NCBI RefSeq assembly: GCF_000621645.1
Contig: NZ_JHXR01000030.1
Location: 1 to 32,000, forward strand
Reading direction: 5' to 3'
DNA: 32,000 nt
DNA from: Vibrio cholerae ATCC 14035
GTDB taxonomy: Bacteria; Pseudomonadota; Gammaproteobacteria; Enterobacterales; Vibrionaceae
Shown here piece by piece: positions 7,113 to 13,153 of this stretch. Position numbers and translations under genes: made by a program. The notes beneath the pieces are model-generated. The model saw only the letters and a list, made by a program, of their open reading frames with translations, did no database searches and was not told the DNA's origin. Numbering within the stretch: the first letter of the stretch is position 1; each line of letters begins with the position of its first letter.

Positions 7113-7693
7113 TTCCACGCATCAAGAACCCTGTTAAGCAGGGGCAGGTAATTATGATTGATGGACGTTATTTCTCTAATTTCGGTAAGAAAGGCCAAGT
7201 GCTGACCGCTTGGTCTTTGGCTGGTGCTGAGGTCTTTTTAGGTGATCTGGCTCCGGTACTTAAAAAGCTGGATGAGAAAGGGAAAAAGTACACGGTTCGT
7301 CTTGTTGAAGTGCAAGAGCGCTCAGGGCTGACTTTGAAAGATTTCTACCAACTTTCTTACCAGCTCAGACGCATGGTCATTAAAGCCGAAGTAATTAGCC
7401 CAATTATCGGATGTAGCGAGTTAGCCAGAAAAATCAGCTTATTATCAGCAGCGGTTGTTATGTTGGAAAGAGAGTTTTCAGACGAGTGTTTGAAAAAAGT
7501 AGGTATCAACATTAGTAGCAACTTGTTCAAGTATTCTTACCCGTTGGAATACACACTCGATTGCATTGAGGTAGGGCTGAAAGACCGACTACTAGTATAC
7601 AAAGAACACAAAAAAATAGATGCACTTCGCCGCGAACAGTATCTATTGAAAGGTGGTGATCTATGCGTATTTGATGCGGATGTACCATTTTGA
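7109..7693 (+). CDS. Hypothetical protein (194 aa), AT-rich, immediately upstream of the replicase
   Basis: Start at ATG 7109 by translational coupling. No domain recognised. Confidence 0.55.
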   Translation: MIPRIKNPVKQGQVIMIDGRYFSNFGKKGQVLTAWSLAGAEVFLGDLAPVLKKLDEKGKKYTVRLVEVQERSGLTLKDFYQLSYQLRRMVIKAEVISPIIGCSELARKISLLSAAVVMLEREFSDECLKKVGINISSNLFKYSYPLEYTLDCIEVGLKDRLLVYKEHKKIDALRREQYLLKGGDLCVFDADVPF

Positions 7694-10251
7694 ACACCCT
7701 AGTGGAACCAACCGAAATCGAGCTGTTCGACTTCCCTTGGCAAGCGCCGCTGTCACCGATTAACTATGACGTGACAGCGATTGCCGCTGGCCATAAAGTC
7801 GCGAACGTTGAACCCGACGACATGAGCGTGATCGAGCGCCGACTTTACGAAGTCGATGCGCTTTCTCACGAGTGGCGCAAAGCCTTTTTTCAAGACGTGC
7901 CGCCATACCTCGCGAAATACTTTGCTGAACGCTACATCCGCACTTATGAGCAAAAGGGCTCGCGAGCGGCGAATACCTTCCTGCGTGAAAAAATGCGCCC
8001 AGCCAAAGAGCGCGTGCTCAAAGTGCTGCAACAATACAAACAACTGCCTAACACACAAAAGGTGGCTTTGCTCAGTGAAGAATATGAAGACACTGATCAA
8101 AGCGACTTTTCACCACTGCCTGAAACCAAACCACAAATGAAGTTTGATTTCGAAGCCGCAGAGAAAAACCGCAAACCAGTCAAACAGCGCCTGCTTGCTG
8201 AATTAGAGCAAGACGAACTGCGCGACATGGCATTCCGCATTGCCAAAATCATGGAAGCCTATTTGCAGCTCACTGCTAGCCGCAAACACGCCGACAGCGA
8301 AGAAGATGTAGACCAAGCGGTTGTTGATGCTTACGAAGCGCTCGCCCACTTCTGCACCAAAACTTTTGGCATTAAAGCGCCGCGCAAATACAAAGCGCAA
8401 AACCACCTTTCAGCGTCCAGCGACATCATGCGCATGATCAGTGATTCGTGGTGGCTTGGCCGCTTAGTCAAAGTGCGCAAAATCATGCGTGAACACCTCG
8501 CCATCGCCATGGGTCAGGTATCAAACAACGCCTCACCTTATGCGAGTTGGGATTGTGTGCGCGAGCACCAAGAGCAGCAACAACGCAACTATGAAGCCAT
8601 CAAAAACATGGTGCTGTTCGATGAAGAAACCGAAGAAGAGCACGACCTGTGGGACATGGTCAAAAAGAGCGTTTCTAACCCTGCGATTCGCCGCCATGAA
8701 CTGATGGTGCGCTGCCGTGGCTGTGAAGACATCGGCAACGAGCTGGGTTTGCAAGGCTTGTTCCTCACTCTCACCACGCCGTCGAAGTACCACAACAGCT
8801 ACAAAAAAGGCGGCTTTATCGACCACTGGAACGGAGCCAGCCCGCGCGATGCTCAAGCCTACTTAAACAAAAAGTGGCAGCTGATCCGCGCCAAACTGAA
8901 CCGTGACGAAATCCGTTGGTTTGGTGTGCGAGTTGCCGAGCCGCATCACGATGGCACGCCACACTGGCATTTGCTGATTTGGGTAAGAAAGGAAGACATT
9001 TCCGCCGTGCGTGACACCTTCATCACCTACGCGACAGAAGAAGACCGGGGCGAACTGCACCCAGAATTCGAAAAAGAGAAACAAAAGCCGTTTCGCAAAG
9101 TCGTGTATGTGGGGCCGCTTGATTACCGCCCACGCTGTGATTTTGGCTACATCGACCCAACCAAAGGCACGGCCACTGGTTACATCGCCAAATACATTTC
9201 AAAGAACATCGACGGCTACGCGATGGATGGCGACATATCAGACGAAACCGGAAAGCCAGTCAAAGACATGGCACGCAACGTCAGCGCATGGAAAAGCCGC
9301 TGGAGTATTCGCCAGTTTCAATTCTTCGGTGGTGCGCCTGTGACCACATACCGCGAACTGCGCCGCCTCGCGAACCAGAATAAAAAAGCCTTCATGGAGT
9401 ACATTTTCATGCAGGAAAGAGCCGATCTCATCAGCATGTATGAGTTGCTGCACTATCAACTCGTTGGCGCTTACAAGCCAGCGCGAGTCATGACCAATCA
9501 AGAACTGGTCGAAGTGATCGCCAAAAGCTACGAAGCCCGCGCCAAAACAGAGATTCCCCATGTGGCCGCTGTGCTGCGCTCTGCCGATGAAGGGCGTTGG
9601 CATGGTTACATCATGAATCAAGGTGGCCCCTTCGTGAAACGCAAAGAGCTATTAGTTACCAACGTGTATCAAGAGCTGCCGTTTGCTTCTCCTTACGCCG
9701 AAGCCATCCGCAAGTTGGAAGGAATCGCCACACCCGAGCAAGTCATTAAAACCCGTGAAAAGGTTTGGACAATCAAACGCAAGGGCAAGGAAACCACAGA
9801 AGGTGAAGCGGTGGGTTTTGGGAGCGAAGCGACTGCCTTTGGCGGCTCTGCCGCCTCTCGGAGTTCTGTCAATAACTGTACGGAGCCATTTACCGGACAG
9901 GTCAGCACTCAGCTAACCCGTTTGTTGCAGCCGGACAGGCTAAAAGGATCACAAAACGATCAGATTGTTGATGAAGTCGCCATCAGCGCCCTGTTTAAAG
10001 GCAGCACATTGCGACTCGATGACGAAACAGAACTGAAAATCCGCCCTGCGGAGGTGGATGAACACGGAAAAATCAGGCCAGCGCGTTTGGTTGAAGTAAA
10101 ACGCGAGGTCGATAGCGACATTTGGTGCCGCTTCGAAGGCTGGGAGAAGTTCGAACAGCAAATGGAGAAGCTAAACCAGAAACCACAAGAACATTCACAA
10201 CCAGACCTATCGTTCTTCCAAGAGTTGGAAGGCGACTGGCCATTAGCGTAG
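7690..10251 (+). CDS. A: Rolling-circle replication initiator endonuclease (P2 gpA family)
   Basis: 853 aa. HUH-type motif PHHDGTPHWHLLIW and tyrosine motif GYIAKYISKNIDGY. The TTG start overlaps the upstream stop. Confidence 0.9.
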   Translation: MNTLVEPTEIELFDFPWQAPLSPINYDVTAIAAGHKVANVEPDDMSVIERRLYEVDALSHEWRKAFFQDVPPYLAKYFAERYIRTYEQKGSRAANTFLREKMRPAKERVLKVLQQYKQLPNTQKVALLSEEYEDTDQSDFSPLPETKPQMKFDFEAAEKNRKPVKQRLLAELEQDELRDMAFRIAKIMEAYLQLTASRKHADSEEDVDQAVVDAYEALAHFCTKTFGIKAPRKYKAQNHLSASSDIMRMISDSWWLGRLVKVRKIMREHLAIAMGQVSNNASPYASWDCVREHQEQQQRNYEAIKNMVLFDEETEEEHDLWDMVKKSVSNPAIRRHELMVRCRGCEDIGNELGLQGLFLTLTTPSKYHNSYKKGGFIDHWNGASPRDAQAYLNKKWQLIRAKLNRDEIRWFGVRVAEPHHDGTPHWHLLIWVRKEDISAVRDTFITYATEEDRGELHPEFEKEKQKPFRKVVYVGPLDYRPRCDFGYIDPTKGTATGYIAKYISKNIDGYAMDGDISDETGKPVKDMARNVSAWKSRWSIRQFQFFGGAPVTTYRELRRLANQNKKAFMEYIFMQERADLISMYELLHYQLVGAYKPARVMTNQELVEVIAKSYEARAKTEIPHVAAVLRSADEGRWHGYIMNQGGPFVKRKELLVTNVYQELPFASPYAEAIRKLEGIATPEQVIKTREKVWTIKRKGKETTEGEAVGFGSEATAFGGSAASRSSVNNCTEPFTGQVSTQLTRLLQPDRLKGSQNDQIVDEVAISALFKGSTLRLDDETELKIRPAEVDEHGKIRPARLVEVKREVDSDIWCRFEGWEKFEQQMEKLNQKPQEHSQPDLSFFQELEGDWPLA

Positions 10252-10260
10252 GAGCTAGTT

Positions 10261-10797
10261 ATGAAAAAAGTTAAATCGCCGGAAGATATGCCATATCGAT
10301 TACCTAAACCTGTGATTTTCTTTAATTCCACAAGTACAACGATAAGCAGTTTAGTGTCGAGTTCTGGCTATGGTAAGGAAGCATATCCATGGGCTGAACG
10401 TATGCTAGGACGATTCCCCTTGCCTAAATGGCAACGGCAATTAGTTTGGTCTGATGCACAAAAGCTCAGTTTTATAGAATCTGTCTTTATGGGATATGAC
10501 TTAGGCAGCGTCATGATTAATTCATATGAGGATCTAGGAAATGGTTTAACGCGCCCTATGTCAGACATATTGATCGACGGGCAGCAACGCATATCAGCAC
10601 TATTAGCATTTATAAATAACGAATTTGAATATGAGGGGTACTTCTGGAAAAACCTTAATCGCAGAGAACAAAGGAGATTTTTAGAACGCGAAATGGGTAA
10701 GCGAACGACTGAATGCTATGACGAAAATGAATTAAAAAAAGTCTACAATCACCTTAACTTTTCTGGTGTTCGCCACGAAATTTCAGAAATGGCTTAA
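10261..10797 (+). CDS. Minimal DUF262 (ParB/Srx-like, GmrSD N-terminal type) protein, 178 aa, with no nuclease half
   Basis: PLPKWQRQLVWSDAQKLSFIESVFMGYDLGSV...ILIDGQQRISALLAFINNEF is the DUF262 signature (QR..VW, DGQQR). GGAG SD 6 nt upstream. The gene is visibly AT-rich. Confidence 0.75.
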   Translation: MKKVKSPEDMPYRLPKPVIFFNSTSTTISSLVSSSGYGKEAYPWAERMLGRFPLPKWQRQLVWSDAQKLSFIESVFMGYDLGSVMINSYEDLGNGLTRPMSDILIDGQQRISALLAFINNEFEYEGYFWKNLNRREQRRFLEREMGKRTTECYDENELKKVYNHLNFSGVRHEISEMA

Positions 10798-10841
10798 AGG
10801 CTATTAACAAATTACCTCAACACAAAGAGAGTACCACCACC

Positions 10842-10865
10842 AAGCGCCTGCGGGCGCTTTGTTGT
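10842..10865 (+). terminator. Intrinsic terminator ending the early operon
   Basis: AAGCGCC (10842-10848), loop TGCG, GGCGCTT (10853-10859), then TGTTGT. It lies between convergent genes. Confidence 0.6.
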
Positions 10866-10870
10866 CTCCG

Positions 10871-11209
10871 CTATGCGCTGCGGCTTTGCGCCGCAATTTC
10901 ATCATTAATCGACTTAATCAACTCAATCAAACAATCACGAATCGGCGCGGGGAGAGAATCCACCTGCTTGCCTTCTGGCGAACTCACCGCCCCGTGCATG
11001 ATCATATGCCCAACTGAAATCTCAAGCGCCGTACTTAAACGCCGAATCTGGGCAATATCCACCACTCGTTCACCCTGTTCTAACCGCTGCAACATACGCA
11101 GCGAAACGCCAGCACGCTCGGCAACCTGCTGCTGAGTTAAGCGCTTACGCAAACGCTCCTGCGTGAAAAACTGCATGATGGGATCAATATCGTGAATCGT
11201 TTTTGCCAT
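10871..11209 (-). CDS. XRE-family HTH transcriptional regulator (112 aa)
   Basis: LRKRLTQQQVAERAGVSLRMLQRLEQGERVVDIAQIRRLSTALEISVGHM is a typical Cro/CI-type HTH_3 pattern. Confidence 0.8.
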   Translation of the reverse strand: MAKTIHDIDPIMQFFTQERLRKRLTQQQVAERAGVSLRMLQRLEQGERVVDIAQIRRLSTALEISVGHMIMHGAVSSPEGKQVDSLPAPIRDCLIELIKSINDEIAAQSRSA

Positions 11210-11406
11210 TCAATAACCTCAGTCGCCAAATATGGCGGATAAAACAAGCCGTTATGCCAACTGAGGTTAGGCAACCACAAAAACTGATGTAGGTCGCAAC
11301 ACCGACGAATATTAACTTTTAGAGTACGGCGTCTAATACGCAATAGATTGAGCTATCTATCAGTATAGACAATAAAACCAATAAAAAAATTGAGAGCATA
11401 AAATCA

Positions 11407-11422
11407 CTGTATTAATATACAG
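11407..11422. promoter_or_regulatory. LexA (SOS) box overlapping the promoter of the 81-aa gene
   Basis: cACTGTATTAATATACAGTAa is CTGT-N8(AT-only)-ACAG. It overlaps the candidate promoter TTGAGA (11390-11395) -17- TAATAT (11413-11418). AGGAG lies 8 nt before ATG 11447. Confidence 0.75.
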
Positions 11423-11446
11423 TAAACGTCAGTAGGAGACAGTCAA

Positions 11447-11692
11447 ATGTCTGAATTAAAACACTTAGGCAATATCAATCACTGTGATGTTGCACTATCA
11501 GCACTTGAAATAATTCTGGACGGAGTAGCCAGCAGCGAAAGCACGGAGCGAACGAGACAAGCGGGGGCATACCTCGCACGGCTCGTCATGGCTGATTCAC
11601 ACGGAAGTTTTGATACAGATAAACAAAAGGCCATTCTCAGCATTATTGAGATGGCCTCAGAAGTCGAAAACCCAAGATTTTGCAGCAGTTGA
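11447..11692 (+). CDS. SOS-regulated small protein (81 aa), candidate antirepressor
   Basis: Good SD and a LexA box in its promoter. No domain recognised. The function is inferred from the coliphage 186 tum paradigm and genome position. Confidence 0.6.
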   Translation: MSELKHLGNINHCDVALSALEIILDGVASSESTERTRQAGAYLARLVMADSHGSFDTDKQKAILSIIEMASEVENPRFCSS

Positions 11693-11944
11693 TCACAACA
11701 TAGAAAGCTGATGCTTAAGCCGTTGCCGCGCTTCTGGCGGCAACGCTTTACACAAATCAAACGCCAGTTGGCTAGTTGTTTTTGCAGATGGGCTCAACGT
11801 ATGGCTGTAAGAAAGGTTCATCACAAACGTGTGGCCGCATTCGGGGTCACAGCACGCACAATACAAATCCGCAACACCAGCGGTAAAGCGGTTCGTCTTC
11901 TGAATTCGGGCTTTACCTTCGCACTCAGGGCAGAACACTCTCAT
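11693..11944 (-). CDS. ogr: Ogr/Delta-family zinc-finger late transcription activator
   Basis: MRVFCPECEGKARIQKTNRF...LYCACCDPECGHTFVMNLSYSHTLSP has the CxxC...CxxxxC pattern and length of P2 Ogr. Start at ATG 11944 with AGGTG upstream. Confidence 0.8.
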   Translation of the reverse strand: MRVFCPECEGKARIQKTNRFTAGVADLYCACCDPECGHTFVMNLSYSHTLSPSAKTTSQLAFDLCKALPPEARQRLKHQLSML

Positions 11945-11994
11945 AATAACACCTAGCTTTTTTTTGACTGACGCGATAATCATACGTCAATAAG

Positions 11995-12010
11995 CTGTGT
12001 TTTTGTACAG
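11995..12010. promoter_or_regulatory. Second LexA-box-like palindrome upstream of the ogr-like gene
   Basis: aGCTGTGTTTTTGTACAGTt (CTGT-N8-ACAG). On the minus strand it overlaps a weak -35 (TACAAA) placed 17 nt before TATGAT. Confidence 0.45.
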
Positions 12011-12014
12011 TTTA

Positions 12015-12500
12015 TCAGCTTTCTAGCTGTAGAGGATTCGCGGCTTTACAGAGTTCTTCCCAAGAGTTTGGCACCTTGCCGCTGTTTAGCATCTTTTCAA
12101 ACACTGCATAAACGTCAGTCTTTGCTCCTGCTTTACGCTGGGTAGATTCATCATTCATCCATGCATAAATGATGGTTTTAGGAGCTTGGCTATTAAATTG
12201 AAAAAACAACCGATATCTTGGAGGTAAACTCTTTTTCTTTACTCTGCGCCATGATGTGTGCTTTTTGCCAAGTGTAAGCCCTTGACGAAAATCAGCATGG
12301 TCAGGATTGGAAGGAACGGTTTGAGTAATATTACAAAGAACCGCAAGCAATAACTTAGTACTAGGGTGGTCGTAAAAATAGATTGGGTCTTTGGCTTGAA
12401 GTGTTTCAACTTCTTTTGTTAGATCATCCAGAAGATTTTGGAAGATGGATAGAGCGTGAAGCTCATAACCAGAAAAAACGGGAATTTGCTTCGTTTCCAA
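12015..12500 (-). CDS. yhaV: YhaV-family toxin (type II TA ribonuclease)
   Basis: ..LTKEVETLQAKDP..STKLLLAV..WRRVKKKSLPPRYRLFFQFNSQAPKTIIYAWMNDESTQRKAGAKTDVYAVFEKMLNSGKVP aligns by eye with E. coli YhaV (..VAEVETLKGKDP..GRYRLFFRYSEKEKVIILGWMNDENTLRTYGKKTDAYTVFSKMLKRGHPP). TTG start with AAGGA SD. Confidence 0.8.
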   Translation of the reverse strand: METKQIPVFSGYELHALSIFQNLLDDLTKEVETLQAKDPIYFYDHPSTKLLLAVLCNITQTVPSNPDHADFRQGLTLGKKHTSWRRVKKKSLPPRYRLFFQFNSQAPKTIIYAWMNDESTQRKAGAKTDVYAVFEKMLNSGKVPNSWEELCKAANPLQLES

Positions 12501-12503
12501 TCT

Positions 12504-12698
12504 CTATCCTTCCCAACACTCTGCGCGAGCCTTAGCCGCTTCTGCCGCCGCTTTTATGGCGAACATACGATCAAGAAGAGAAGTAGATAGCGGCTGAACG
12601 TTTCCCTCTACTTTTACTTCACGATCAAGTAAGTCGATGAATTTATCTTCAACTTCTCGTTCACGTTTTTTGTCGTGTAGTGGTATAACTTTGCCCAT
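12504..12698 (-). CDS. Short antitoxin candidate (64 aa) resembling only the C-terminal part of PrlF
   Basis: First ATG at 12698 (the ORF-track start at 12725 is TTG). DKFIDLLDREVKVEGNVQP resembles PrlF NAFLRFLDADIQNNPQK. No AbrB/SpoVT-like N-terminal domain is evident. The stop lies 3 nt before the toxin start. Confidence 0.55.
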   Translation of the reverse strand: MGKVIPLHDKKREREVEDKFIDLLDREVKVEGNVQPLSTSLLDRMFAIKAAAEAAKARAECWEG

Positions 12699-12810
12699 TT
12701 TATGAACCTTAACTCTTTGCAGCAACGGCTGCGTGATGGGAATTTGTACGGTCTGTACATGCTGTAAAATATATCATAAAAATTTTTATAAACAAGTTTG
12801 AGGCTGCTCC

Positions 12811-13145
12811 ATCGGCAGCTATCGGCGCTCATCGGTTTGACTAAAGGGTTATAGATGGTATAGCCTATAAGCGTGTTGGCAAAATCCAACACCGGGATTA
12901 GTACCCCGCATTATTTTTCTATCGGTACACAAGTACCAGCTTTTTGCTGGTTTTTTTGTGTATGGCTTCAGCACATTTAAACATAGTCGTTTCGTATAGA
13001 AACCGTACTATCTGCATTATGGTGGGCTGGGCAGGGGCGCTTCGGCGCGCCGTGTTCCGATAGAGCGGTAGTACTAACCTTGTCCAGTTCACCACCCATA
13101 GATTAGTACCTTTGAGTGGTGAGTAACTAAAATTTACTCTATCGG
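12811..13145. repeat. Repeat-dense non-coding tract (ATCGG/TCTATCGG, GATTAGTACC, GC-rich block); candidate cos/packaging or operator region
   Basis: ATCGG at 12811, 12821 and 12831 (exact 10-bp phasing). TCTATCGG at 12918-12925 and 13138-13145, and inverted at 13057-13064. GATTAGTACC at 12896-12905 and 13101-13110. GC-rich block at 13021-13055. Confidence 0.6.
12935..12957 (+). terminator. Plus-strand intrinsic terminator in the non-coding tract
   Basis: ACCAGC (12935-12940), loop TTTTT, GCTGGT (12946-12951), then a T run to 12957. The U-tail exists only on the plus strand. Confidence 0.6.
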
Positions 13146-13153
13146 AGGTCACT

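Noticed and set aside
11711-11956. 81-aa plus-strand ORF
   Set aside because: Exactly antisense to the Ogr-type zinc-finger gene. The Arg-rich mirror-frame translation and absence of an SD argue against it. Transcription of this strand may still matter, as noted in the findings.
12614-13152. Minus-strand ORFs 12614-12892 (92 aa) and 12919-13152 (77 aa) in the non-coding tract
   Set aside because: No SD; they run across hairpins, the terminator and the repeat array, with odd composition. The region is better explained as regulatory or packaging DNA.
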